From: Octopus sinensis
Lineage: Eukaryota
Direction: 5' to 3'
Assembly: GCF_006345805.1 (NCBI RefSeq)
Contig: NC_043016.1
Coordinates: 3,472,001 to 3,536,000, forward strand
Length of the DNA stretch: 64,000 nucleotides
Under the pieces are notes generated by a model. The model worked only from the letters and a program-made list of their open reading frames with translations, made no database searches and was not told the DNA's origin. Both the position numbers and the translations under genes were made by a program. How positions within the stretch are numbered: the stretch's first letter is position 1; every line of letters begins with the position of its first letter. Of the stretch, positions 28,186-43,237 are shown in pieces.

Positions 28186-28609
28186 CAATATTATATTCCA
28201 TATACAATACTTCAAGCAAACTATAAAATCTTATATATATATTCCGATGTCCGGATAACTAAAGAGATGACGGCGTGGATTTTCACTTTGGCATCCGAAA
28301 CTCAGATTTTTATCTTGGCTACCGAATAATTGTCACATACTACATTTACAGATAAATTCCTCTATTTACATAATATCGAGGTCTCTTGTCTCTTCATTCT
28401 TTTGTTGTCTTACCATTTTTATCAATATATATATAATATATATATATATATTATATATATATATATATATTATATATATATATACAAAAAAGAAAAGAAA
28501 AGAAAAATAGATGCATATATAAATAATATACGTCTACATAACACCCTGTTAATAACACTACCTGTGTATACATAAACTGTGGGTACTGGGGCATGACCTT
28601 CTACGTATA

Positions 28610-28930
28610 TTTCCTATTTAGTACAGGGGATGTTTGATATATGAGGATGTACTCCTGTATTTGCCTGAGTGTTGGGTCCTTCGGGTGATTGTATAAAGTG
28701 CAGACGTCAAGTTGACCCAATCAATGTACCTGCATGCTGGTCTTTGGCATGTTGGTAGTGTATGGAGAACTATTTTTGTCGTCATATTGTATCAAATGCC
28801 ATTTAATCTCTCTGCAATGCTTCTAGATACCTCACCTATGTATATCGTGTTCTTGTCTTTACAAACACCCTCTATGCACCTAATGCTGTAGACTACATTT
28901 CTGGTTCTACAGTGAATGCCAGGATTAATC
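28610..28930 (-). mobile_element. GIY-YIG endonuclease fragment of a Penelope-like element
   Basis: Manual minus translation CRTRNVVYSIRCIEGVCKDKNTIYIGEVSRSIAERLN, then LRQIQEYILIYQTSPVLN. Confidence 0.75.
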
Positions 28931-29350
28931 TTACATACCATGCAGTTATCAATGGTGTATGTGATGTACTCAGAGGGGTACTTAGAATAGATAACCTCCT
29001 GTATTGATTTCTTATTTCTTCTAGATACTCTTCTAAATTAGTATACACCTACGGAAATTTGAACGTATGTAAACGTAATTCTTTGATATCTCTTTACGAG
29101 GTCAGTAGGCTCACAAAGTATCGCTCGGCTCAGGACATAGTTGTTGTGAAAGGAACTACTTAACAACACGTAAGTGACTGCACCCCACCAGACACACACA
29201 AGCATAAACACAGAGACCCTTCTCTCGACGTATTTATATGATTGTTTAACGACTGTTTACAACGAATGAAAAAGCACAATCCATTTATAAAGTGGAGTTT
29301 ACAAATTTATACCATTTGGAATAGTGTCGGCTCCACTAGCTTCCATTTCT

Positions 29351-29480
<130 letters not shown>

Positions 29481-31570
29481 AGGGATGCGCAAGGGATAAG
29501 TCGCCTGGATCAGATGCTTTACCCTACGAGCTGTATTGTCAAATGCCAGACTTGTTTGGCGACCTCTTGGCATCAGTCTACTGCAACTGGCAACAAAACG
29601 GGAGAATCCCCGGTTTCGTGAGACGAGGTGCAGTGACGTTGCTGAAGAAAGACCCAAACAAGGGGAATTTTATAGATAATTTCAGGCCATCACTCTGCTC
29701 AACGCAGATTTGAAAATTTTGGCCAAGTAATAGCCGAGAGGTTGGCGCTTGTCATTGGTAAACTGGTCGACAGGGCCCAAACATGCGCCGTGCCGGGCAG
29801 AACCATACATAACAACCTCCATCTGATGCGCTACATTGTGGACAGGGTAGTTAAGGATCCTGGCATGGGTGGGGCGCTGATCAATTTGGATCAGTCTAAA
29901 GCCTTCGATAGGGTCGACCATCGGTACTTGGCGGCCGTCCTCAGGGCGGCTGGCTTCGGTCTCGTCTTCCGCGGTTGGATCGCTACCTTGATTAGGGTGA
30001 ACGGTCACCTGTCAAAACCGTTTGACATCACGCGTTCGGTCCGTCAGGGGTGTCCCCTGTCGGTGCTTCTGTATGTATTGACTCTCGAGCCGCTACTGCG
30101 GAAGCTGGCGACACTGAGGGGCATCCCATGGGAACTGGGTTGCGACAAACACATCCAGATGATAGGCGAGACATTAAGAAAATACGAAACGTTGACGGGA
30201 GCGAAGATTGATCCGGAAAAGTCAGTGGGTTTGCTGCTCGGCACCTGGAGAAGCAAGCCCATGCCGTCCGACTGCGGCTCAGTAGTGGGACGCTGGACGG
30301 ACGGACCGGTTAAATTGCTCGGGGTCTGGTTCAGTCCGGACCTCCAAATGGATAAGAACTGGGACGAGATCACGAGTAGAGTGGTCGCTCTCAGCCAAAC
30401 ATGGTTCGAGAGAAAGCTGTCTCTAAAAGGTCGGGCGGAGGTGGCGAACGCGTACATCGCATCCGTCATCGATTACTGCCTGACCGTCGTGCCTTGTCCC
30501 GACGCCACCATCACTAAACTGGAGCGCATACTTTTCCGCTTCCTTTGGAAGGGTGGCGTTCCGATGGTGAGGAAGTCCATTTGCTTTCAACATCCGTTGA
30601 ATAGAGGACTGGGCATGCCGTGGTTGATGATGCGCATGCATGCGCTGAGACTGCGACATCTCTGGAACTTCATCGATGACGGTGAACAGGTGTTCACCGA
30701 ACTGCAAACATGGATCAAGAAGAGACCGAAACTGGGCAATTGGCACCGAGAGTGTCGCCAAGCTCTACAGCAGCTCTGCCGACCGGGGTCAAACTTGTGC
30801 AACTTACAAACGACTAAAGCGTTCCATAGAGGACTAGTGGAGGAGAGGTCCCACGACACTCGGGGCAAAACTGGGCGTCGACGAGAAATTCCTAACCCGC
30901 CCGTTCAGGACGACGTTCGGGCCGGGGCCTATGGATAACTTCCAGAAATCCTTGGCTTGGCAATGCTATCGAGACGCACTACCCGTTCGAGAGAAGAGCT
31001 ACAGGCACGGTTCGAAAACCATCACCGGACCGACCTGCCCGAGATGCGGTCAGAGCGACGAAACCGTTCTGCACGAACTCGTGCAGTGTCCAGATATTTC
31101 AGAGCTGTGGACCTTCGTCGAACAGCTGTTGTCGCGTGTAGGACGGGCCCGCTTATCGGCCGAGTCTATCGTCAATATTGTTCCACCACCTTCCTTTAAA
31201 CGGGAAGGGAAAACTGTTTTCGTTACGCTGATGTCTATGGCGAAAGAATGTGTGTGGTTGACGCGTTTGAAAGGACTGCAAACAAACACCTTCCTCTCTG
31301 GTAAGTCTCTCGTCAACTTTTTCAAGTACCACTTTAAAAGGAGGATGAGAATAGAGAGGAAGGCTTTGTCGAACGAATGTTTTAATAAAAAGTGGGTAAA
31401 AGTGGCAAAAATGGTCAGCATGAAAGACGACTCTATTTTAATCGTAAATCTGTGACCAAAAGAGACAATGAGAGGTAAGGTGACTTACTCATGTGTTCAT
31501 TTTCGAACTGTCTGAGGTGACCTTGGTCTTTTTTGTAGGTTTTTCTTTCCAAGGCTACACCTAAACTGTG
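29481..31570 (+). mobile_element. Tx1-type LINE copy B: divergent subfamily, 5'-truncated, lacks the distal 3' UTR
   Basis: ORF 29742..30938 (LDQSKAFDRVDH, SVRQGCPLS) and ORF 30931..31455 (CPRCGQSDETVLHELVQC). The YADD motif is deleted. Confidence 0.92.
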
Positions 31571-31576
31571 AACTAA

Positions 31577-33402
31577 ATGGAAACTAGAAACTACGTGGCT
31601 ACCCTGCCAGTCATGCGGAACGGTAGCGAAACACTATTGCTGCCATTAGCTGCTAAACCTCGCAGCTTGAACACCGCTGTCACCACCACCACCACCACCA
31701 ACAAAACTAATGTCGCAAAACCATTCACCATCGCCGCCACCAAAGACATTAACTTAGATTTCCCCCACTCCCTACACCACTTGTCGATGAAAGAAGGACA
31801 GAGAAAGGGATTTCAAAAACGAATACAGACGCAAACATGAATGCCAGCACCACCATCATCACTACCAACAACAGCAAAAACGAAATCAGCACCGCCAACA
31901 CCACTACCACGACTTCAACTGCTACAACTAACTCCTCTGCTGTTAACACCACCAAAATTAAAACGAATTTCGCGGATGCGACAAAACAGAAACGGACAAT
32001 CGTAAAATTCACCACACAAGAAATAAACCTCACAAAAGCACTCTTCACCAAAGAAGGAGATAATTTGCATCTTCACATTCCACAACACATCGTGGAAAAT
32101 ACACAAAAAAAACAATAATCTATAAAGTCATCAACAAGAAAACAAGACGACCAGAAAATGCACCGCAGGAAAAAATTGAAAAATGCCTTCGTCCTGCATG
32201 GGATTCAAAGGAGTATGTTAGTTGAGGGCATAAATTTGACACAGTCCAAGTACGTTTCCACAATGAAAATCTAGCAAAACGATTTTCCTCATTGGAGCTG
32301 CATTCATACGACTTGGTGATGATACCAACCTATTTAGGCCAGAGGGTGACGAAAGTCCAAATAAAAAATGTACCACTCGAAGTCGAAATACAATGGTTAG
32401 TCTCTGCCATCTGCTTTGAAATGGCGGAGACAAACATTCTTGAAATCGCTGTTCTAGAACAGAAAAACTGGGTGGGAAAATCGATCCAATTCCTCCTTCA
32501 ATTTGATGAAACAAGAGAAAAGATACCCACCACTATAGAACTGCCAGAAGGCTACAAACTCTATGTAGTGGTAGAGGGCAGGCGATCACGTTGCTATTTG
32601 TGCGGAAGTGAAACACATTTGAAAAAGAAATGTCCAACCACTGCACAAAAGGAACAAAAACAACAACCACTACCACAACCAAAACACTACGAGAATAAAG
32701 CACTACTACCCACACCACCATCAACACAGAAGACGACAAGAGAAGCACACCAAGCTAATCCATCAACAACCAAGAATTATACAACACCTGAGAAAACACA
32801 TGAGAAAGTACCAACACCACAAACAATAGCAAGAACCAAAGGAACAGAAAAACAAAAATAATATACAAAAACTGATTCCCCATCCCCTATACCGCACTCA
32901 CCACACACAAACGCTCAACAACCAACAGCAACGAAAACAACAACACAACCACTTACACAGGCATACATTGAAGCCTACAACATACCCCTACCCCCTTCTG
33001 ATTCTTCAGAAATTTCGTCGGAAGATGAAACCAGTGAGGAATGGCAAATAGCCAGAAAAGGAAGGAAAAAAAGAGCAGAAACACAACCAAACCAAATGCA
33101 AAACAAACACAGCAGGGGGAAATACATCTCCCGAAGACATTTCGAAACCCAACACAAACAACAGCCACACCAACACCACAATAATATATACAGCAAACAT
33201 GCTCACAGCTATAGACACTAAAAACACAAATTTGATGGAATACATCAAATCAAAAACAAACATAACAGAAGATGACTTAAAAACAAACAATCACCCATAC
33301 ACAACACCACCGGATCACATCAAAATATTGCATATCTCCAGAAGTCTGCACCACACACTAAAAGGCATTTTCCCCAGTGCGGTTGGTAAATGCCAAAAAT
33401 AA
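31577..33402 (+). pseudogene. Copy C ORF1: Thr/Asn-rich N-terminus, central domain, single CCHC knuckle
   Basis: ORF pieces 31577..31840, 31837..32118, 32292..32861 (VVVEGRRSRCYLCGSETHLKKKCP) and 33199..33402. Confidence 0.8.
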
Positions 33403-33517
33403 CTCACAAGGAAACTTTACTGAGATCTCCACGAGGACAAACCAAAGGAGGAGAAAGCAAAAACTTTCGAGCAGTAACCCTCTGTTCCTTTCGCTTGTAT
33501 TCTAATTCATTAGGATT

Positions 33518-36500
33518 ATGATCAAGATTGGTTGTGTAAATGCGCGTGACTTGGGGTCCCCTTGGAAACAAGGGTACCTCTTAAATGACTTAAAGTCACA
33601 CAAGTTAGAAATCATAGCCATAAGTGACACCAGACTCTACAATTCGCGGGCCCTAAAGACCATGTTTGGCGGACAGTTCAGCATTTATTTCCCCCTCCCC
33701 TGTCTGCCAAGAATGGGCGGTAGTGACACCGCGGTACTTTTTCGCAAGAGTCTGGATCTCAAAGTAAAGACAATATTCGTAGAACGGGAGGGTAGACTAG
33801 TCGTCCTGGATGTCGACGGCAGCAATGGGTGCGCTTTTCGACTCGTATCAGTCTACCACCGCCCTTAACAGGTTGGGCAGATTTCTTTCGACGTCTAGAA
33901 GTATTCTTGGGAACGTCTCGTTCTTTACTCTTAGTAGGGGATTGGAATGCTACCTTGGAAACGCATGTAGACTACGTGGACAGAGATAGGAATAGACGGG
34001 GAGGCAAATGCCTCAGAGACCTGCTCAGACGCTTTCAACTGTCTGACAGGTACCGACTAGCTCACCCGAATGCACCAACGTGGACATAGAGCAACCGCAT
34101 CGGGTCGTCGAGATCGTATCTAGATAGGATACTGTGTAGGGCAGTGGATAGAGATAACATAGGATTTCCACAATTCCACACAGTCAGCTACACGGATCAC
34201 AAACTTGTGACATGTACGCTAGACTTAGGTAAGACACATAGGCAGGGTCCCGAATACTGGAAACTAAACGCGTCTTTCCCATCGAGACAGGTTTTCAGAG
34301 ACCGGATTAGCACACTAGTAAAGAGGGCTTTGACGGGAGCCATCATCAACAACAAATGGTGGTTTGCACTCTAGAGAGCAGTAAAAACGGAAGCGATTAG
34401 GTACAGCGAAGCACTAGCCATAGATAGAAACAGAGTAGAGGCTGAGCTAGTTAAGAAGCTAGAAGAGGCAATAAGAAGCAGCATCGCATCCGACGTTTTG
34501 GCGGCGAGGTTGTCCCTCGATGAACACTTTAACGCCAAACACGAAGGGTGTGCTGTCAGAGCTAGGATGCGTGCTCTAAGGAACGAAGGTGTTGGAGCCG
34601 CGAGAGAAGCCCGGGTGGCAGAGGCGCAGCAGGGCAACAAAGCCACCATTCGGTCTCTGGTAGATGAACAGGGGCGCGAATTGCTCAAGACAAGTAAAAT
34701 GTGTGAGGCCTTTCAACAGCATTTTGCCCGACTGTTCGGGACGAGTGGTGGGCAAGAACGTAGGGTGGACTTCAGTGCCTGCCTACACAGCCTACCACGA
34801 CTCACGACAAGAGAGGCAGGGTGCTGCGAAGGTGCCATCACGGCGGCGGAAGTGCAGGACGCGATGGCAGAATACTCGAGGGGTTGGATGGCCGGGTTTG
34901 GATGGTCTACCCTACGAGCTTTACAGTTGTATGCCAGACTTGTTTGGAGACGTCTTGGCAGCGGTGTACTGCAACTGGCAGCAAAATGGGAGCATTCTTG
35001 GTTTTATGAGCCGAGGGGCCGTAACGCTGCTGAAGAAAGATCTAAACATGAGGAATGTAATTGACAACTTTAAGCCCATCACTCTGCTTAATGCAGACTT
35101 GAAAATTTTGGCCAAGAGGTTGGCGCTTGTCATCGAGAAACTGGTCGACAAGGCGTAAACGTGCGCCGTGCCGGGCCGGACCATCCATGACAACCTTCAA
35201 CTGATGCGCTACATCATAGACAGAGTAGTTAACGAACCTGGCATGGGTGGGGCGCTGATCAATTTGTATCAATCGAAAGCTTTCGATAGGGTAGACCATC
35301 GATACTTTGAAGCTGTCCTCAGAGCGGCTGGTTTTGATCCCGTCTTCCGCGGCTGGATAGCCGCTTTGTACAGAGGCATACGTTCGGTAATTCGCGTAAA
35401 TGGACATCTATCGAGACCTTTCCACATCGCACGTTCGGTCCGTCAGGGATGCCCCCCTCAAGTCGCTTCTATACGTATTGTTTCTCGAGCCATTATTGCG
35501 GAAGCCGGCAACTCTGAGGGGCATCCCGCGAGAACTGGGATGCGGGACGTGCGTGTCTGCATACGCGGACGACGTCACCGCCATAGTGTCTAGCCACGAG
35601 CACAGCGAGCAGGTCGGCGAGACACTGAAAAACTACGAAGCGGCAACAGGAGCGAAAATCAACCGGGAAAAGTCAGTGGGCTTGCGACTCCGCACCTGGA
35701 GAAGCAAGCCTATACCGTCCACCAGCGTCGCCGTCGTGGAACGCTGAACCGACGGTCCGGACGAGTTGCTCGGGGTCTGGTTTGGTCCGGACCTCCAAAT
35801 GGAGAAGGACTGGAACGAGATAACGAGTAGGGTGGTCACTCTTACAGGCAATGGGCCGAGAGGAAACTGTCCCTAAAAGGTCGGGCAGAGGTGGCGAATT
35901 CGTACATCGCGTCCGTCATCTACTACCGCCTGACCGTCGTACCTTGTCCCGACCCTACCATCACTAAACTAGAATGCATTCTCTTTCGCTTCTTGTGGAA
36001 AGAATGCGTCCCGATGTTCAGGCGATCCATTTGCTTTCAACACCCGTTAAAAGGAGGACTGGGCATGCCGTGGTTGATGATGCGCAGACACGCGCTGAGA
36101 CTGCGACATCTCAGGCTCTACGTAGACGACGGTGAACAGTTGTGGTCGCCGTTTGTGAGGCACGCTTTCCCGCAACTCGTCTCCATGACAGAACTGCAGT
36201 AGTGGATCAAAATGAGGCCGAGGAAGTGCGAATGGCACCACGAGTGTTGCGTTGCTCTCAAGCAACTATGCTGTCCCGGGTCGACCTTGAGTGACTTCCA
36301 CACATCCAAAGCATTCTATAGGCGATTAGTGGAGGGGAGGTACGACGACGAGCTCGGGGCGAACCTGGACGTCGACGAGGAATACCTGACCCGCCTGTTC
36401 AGGACGACTTTCGGGCCAGTGCCCATGGACAACTTCCCGAGATCCCTGGCGTGGCAGTGCTACCGAGAAGCGCTACCCGTTCGGGATAAGCTCTACAGAC

Positions 36501-36885
36501 ACAGCTCGAGAAACACTGGGCCGACCTGCCCAAGATGCGGTCTTATGTCGAACAACTGCTATCACGTGTGGGACGAGTCGGTTTATCAGCCGAGTCTATC
36601 GTTAAGATCGTCACGCCTCCTTCCTTCAAACGGGAAGGAAGAGCCATTTTCATCATCCTTGTGGCTATGGCGAAAGAATGTATCTGGTGGACGCGTCTGA
36701 AAGGATTGGAGACAAACACTTTCCTCTCTGGTCAATCTCTCTTCAACTTCTTCAAGTACCACTTGAAAAGGAAAGTGAAAGTAGAGAGGCAAGTTTTGTC
36801 TAGCGAATGTTTCAAAAAATAGATGGGTGAATGTACTAAGGATGGCACGTATGAATGACGAAGCCACTTTGAGCATAACCCTATG
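33518..36885 (+). pseudogene. Copy C ORF2: APE endonuclease, RT and C-terminal region, with many frameshifts and stops
   Basis: IGCVNARDL, IIAISDT, LLVGDWNA, YTDHKLV, YWKLNAS, FKPITLLNADLKILAK, QSKAFDRVDH, SAYADDVT. Confidence 0.9.
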
Positions 36886-37271
36886 AAACCGGAAATTTAA
36901 AAACAGAGGGTTACCTACTTGTAAACAAATGTGGTTAACATTGAATATTGACCGAGGTTATCGTGGTCTTTTCCGTAGGCTTTTCTTCCCTGAGATAAAC
37001 TTTATCTGCTTCCCCTTTACACCTTACATCATGACACTGTGATACACGATCCCTATTGATCGTTTTTTCCCCCTTTTTTGTTTCTCTTCCTTTTTTCTTT
37101 TTCTTTTTTTTTTCTTTCTTGTTTTTTTCCCTTATTTCTGCTTTCCGTTTTACGATCCCTTTTGATCGAAAACCTACCCAACTTTTATATTTTTTCTCTC
37201 CCCCAAAAGAAAAGCTCTACTTTGTAATCTGTCCTGTCTGTGTGCAGCCCTGTGTGGCTCATGAAGAAAGA

Positions 37272-37394
<123 letters not shown>

Positions 37395-38553
37395 ACACAT
37401 ACACCACAGAATTCTTCAGTTTTTAATTCAACTTCTTAATTCATGACACAGCATAAACAAAAAAATATTTATCTTTCCATGTTTTTACTGTCTTTCTTCC
37501 TTTTTTTTAATTTCTAAGAAATGTTCATATAAACATTATCGCCACAAATTATAAATTAAATTACCAACCTGCTACCTTTATTCATGTTTTTAATAACTTT
37601 CCTTCCAACTTTGCCCCTGTAACTAATGTAGACCAACTGTAATATTCATACGTAATATTTATACGCAAAGAGGACATCCACTAGCATACACACACACATA
37701 CACACATAGACTTACACATACACGCACACCCCCTCACACACAAATACACACATACATACGCACCACACAAAGTGAATCATATGCTCTCACATATACACGC
37801 GTACCAATCAACATCTTGAAATCAACTCCTGAATTAAATTTGTTTTCTTAACCCGTCTTGCTATAACCTTCCTCTCTCAGACATTTGTTTACGCATGCGT
37901 ACACACACGCGCGCGCGCAGACACGCACAAAAATATCTCTCCTCTACCCAATACACTTCGAAACCATTTAGCGACTGCCATAAGCAGTAAGCCACTCACC
38001 CCCCCATCATCATCACCCCCATTTCCTAAAAGTTAAAACGACATCCTTTTCAAGCTAATGCGTGAATGAACCAATTGGGTGATGCTGCAGTCATATGAGT
38101 GTCTGTAACAATTTCATACAACGTGAGGAAAATGACGATGTTTCACCTTTTGTATTGAGTTCTATATCCGACGATGTTGTAATCACTTTCAAACGCATAA
38201 ACAATTACAATACGTATGCACACGCACGCACACACGCACGCACGAACGCACGCACACACACACACACACAGACACACACAGAGACACACACAGAGACACA
38301 CACAGAGACACACACACACACACCACACACACATACACACACAACACACAACATATACACACATATTTTTGTATATTTATGCATATATGTGTGTGTGTGA
38401 GTGTGTGCGTGGTGTATGTGTGTGTGTGTGCTTATATATTATAATATACATATAAAAGGGCACGAATATAGGTATATGTGAGTAATATACATACATAAAT
38501 ATGTATATATGTATGTATCTATATGTATGTAAATATATATGTATATATATGCC

Positions 38554-38595
<42 letters not shown>

Positions 38596-38660
38596 GAAAG
38601 GTTTCGGTTAAACGAATTTTCCATGCTGACGATAAACATAGGATAATTCATTCACCTATT

Positions 38661-38699
<39 letters not shown>

Positions 38700-38775
38700 T
38701 ATATATATATATATGTGTGTGTATATGCATATTTCTGTCTATATATGTATTTGTGTGCGTGTGTGTGCAGTGAAA

Positions 38776-39115
38776 GTACATGGTTCAGTGGTTAGAGCGT
38801 CGAACTTACGATTGTTGAGTTTGATTCCTGGACCGGCCTGTGTGTTCTGTTTCTTGAGCTAGACAGTTTGTTTCACGTTGCCCCATTTCACTCAGCTGGC
38901 AACATGAATTGCGACATCTCTGGTGCCAAGCTGTATCAGCCATTGCTTCTCGCTTGGATAACATCGGTGGCTTGGAGAGGGTGACTGCTGGTCTTCCATA
39001 AAAACAACTCTAGGTTGTGCGTTCGCTGGTGAGGCGACTTTCCGCCCAAACTTGTACCCCGGAGCGGAATCTCTGAAGTGCACCCATTTTCATTCGTGAC
39101 CGACGGAGTCGAGCA
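38776..39115 (+). mobile_element. tRNA-type SINE, third family, diverged
   Basis: TGGTTCAGTGGTTAGAGCG A-box and GAGTTTGATTCC B-box; not cloverleaf-complete. Confidence 0.65.
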
Positions 39116-41258
39116 TCTATATATATATATATATATGCATTTTTGTTTGTGTATGTGTGTGCGCGCGCGTGTTTGTGCGTACAATCATACATATATACAT
39201 ACATGAATATAAATACGTACATGCATATATGCGTAAAAAGGGCTTGAACACACATTCACTGCTAAAGTCTGCCGGGCTTCTGCAGATGCTTATTGGACTT
39301 TCAGATTAGAGTACCACCTGAAAAACAGATATGGGATATCATCAATAATCCTAAAATTTATCATAAGAAATTTTGGCAAGGGGTAATTCGACTCGATCTT
39401 TTGGTGTCTCAGTACCACTGATTTTACGTGATTTACTCGGTTTAAAAGAGGTCATATCGAAATCCCACTGGATCTTTTTTGTCTTTTTAGCTGGAATTCA
39501 CAGATTTTCAGTATTTTAGCTTTTGATATTTTTCTCACTATAATGATCTTGTTTTGACATTCTAAAAATCTTGTCAACCATACTTTCTAACATCTCTTCA
39601 ATGAAAAAAATATATATATATGTAATGTTTACCGTTCGTGAATTTTAATTTGACATTTAAAAACTATTTGACAGAAAATCTCTCTCACGATATAAAAGAT
39701 CTCTCTCTCCCGCGATTATGGGCTCAATACAAGGAAACTGATTATCTCATCATGTCATAGATTCTTCTGGAGGGAAACGATTTGATGAATATCAAAATGA
39801 ATACGCAGAAGAATTTCATCGCAAAACAACACGAAAGAAGGTGCTTTACTGCTGAAACATGTATAAAAGTTGAAGAAGTAAAAAATGTTAATTATTGTCG
39901 TTGCCTCTCATCCACTTTGGCTACACTTCCATTTTGATTATTAAAAATCATCTTGTTTTGTTGGCTTGAAGAACGAAATGTATAGGGAGGCCCGAATGAA
40001 CATTGCAGGCTAGCGAACCAAAATATCCTAGAAAGGCTATAGGTTAACCCGATTCCGAATATATGACATTTGTGGGAATACACTTCCAGAGACCTGAGTC
40101 TATATGCATGAAACCTGTGCAGACACACACAGAAGTTGGCATTTAATTGTGTAATGCGTAAGATATGTGTAATGTTTTTGAATATGTATTGAAAGGGTCT
40201 GTATGTATGTATATGTAAATGTACACACACACACATATATATAATCTGACACTTTCGTACAAAAATTCAAAAGCAGCCCCCAACCCATGCCAACTGTATA
40301 CATACTCAAAAAACTATATTGGTATATAATCTAGCAAGGTTATATACCTAACTTGAAAGACAAATATAATTTTGAAACTTTTATTGATTATTTACACGTT
40401 TCCAATACCTCTTTTTGTTGCTTTCATAACCGTTGATGTGGCGAATAATGTTTTTTAGTCACAGGGCTTTCCTGATCAAATAGAAATGTGATCAAAGATA
40501 TATCAGCCTCCATCACATTATTTGTGAATACATTATTTCAATTATTTTTCCAAGTATTTAAGTTGACTTTTGAGTTTGGTGCGGTTGTTATTTCTAGCAT
40601 ATAAAAATCACCACATAGAGACTTAACGGCTTATTTTATATCTTTTCTTGGTGTATCTTCTACAAATCTAATTATGAATGATTATAAATATAAATGATTT
40701 AATTACTTAATGAGAGAAGAAACAAAGATTAAAGTCAGAGTAAAGACTAAAACATGAAATTAGAATATTTATACCAAAAGACAGATTAATTTTCCAATTC
40801 CAAACTAATTGGTCATAACACACTAATACGCTACATCCTAGCTTTCGTTGATAGAAGAGCGAGACTATAATGTAACGCATCCTCTCCTCTCTAAAAACGC
40901 TTACATATATAACAATCTTTAACAATCACACAAAAGGTCTAAGGCTAAAACGTTGCGCACTTCCCACTTCCTTGTGGTTGCCATATGAAATACAGACTGT
41001 GTGGCGCCTTCCTACACGCTCTTGTTAGTTATTTTCTCTTATCACCATCAGACAATATTGAACTTATATTCTGTTATTCATTTTCTTATATACAATCTAG
41101 TGAGTGACGTAAGGATTTCGTTTCTGATATACTTATATCTTTGATGTCCGTTCTTCCTGCTGATTGAAAGTGATGCTACATACAGATATATACAAATACG
41201 TTCGTTCCAATAAACATCCATATGAAACTAATATACTCTTGCTAAAATGTCATTCGCA

Positions 41259-41349
<91 letters not shown>

Positions 41350-41376
41350 GATCTATCTATCTATCCATCTGCCGTC

Positions 41377-41468
<92 letters not shown>

Positions 41469-41492
41469 ATATCTATCTATCTATCTATCTAT
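41259..41492 (+). repeat. (TATC)n array at the 5' junction of copy D
   Basis: ..CTATCTATC|CTGCCCGAGATG. Confidence 0.95.
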
Positions 41493-41990
41493 CCTGCCCG
41501 AGATGAGGTCAGAGCGACGAAACCGCTCTGCACGCACTCGTGCAGTGTCCAACAATCTCCAACCTGTGGGCTTATGTCGAACAACTGCTGTCGCGTGTGG
41601 GACGACTCGGTTTATCAGCTGAGTCAATCGTCAATATTGTCACGCCTCCTTCCTTCAAACGGGAAGGAAGAGCTATTTTCATCATCCTTGTGGCTATGGC
41701 GAAAGAATGTATCTGATGACGCGTCTGAAAGGATTGGAGACAAGCAGTTTCCTCTCTGGTCAATCTCTCTTCAACTTCTTCAAGTACCACTTGAAAAGGA
41801 AAGTCAGAGTAGGGAGGCAAGTTTTGTCTAGCGAATGTTTTAAAAAAAGATGGGTGAATGTAGCAAGGATGGCACGTATGAATGACGAAGCCACCTTGAG
41901 CATAATCCTATGAACCCAGAAATTGAAAACAGAGGGTTACCCACTTGCAAACAAATGTGGTAACATATAACAATATTGACCAATATTGAC
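41493..41990 (+). mobile_element. Tx1-type LINE copy D, short, 5'-truncated and 3'-incomplete
   Basis: ORF2 C-terminus (41707..41913) plus ~75 nt of UTR ending in a duplicated CAATATTGAC. Confidence 0.9.

Positions 41991-43237
<1,247 letters not shown>

Larger units (their letters stand above)
31571..37271 (+). mobile_element. Tx1-type LINE copy C, near full length and defective
   Basis: ORF1, ORF2 and 3' UTR ending GTGTGGCTCATGAAGAAAGA|TATC. Confidence 0.93.

Noticed and set aside
33518-36885. Frameshifts in ORF2 as programmed recoding
   Set aside because: Positions differ between copies C and F and many fall in homopolymers, consistent with decay or sequencing error.
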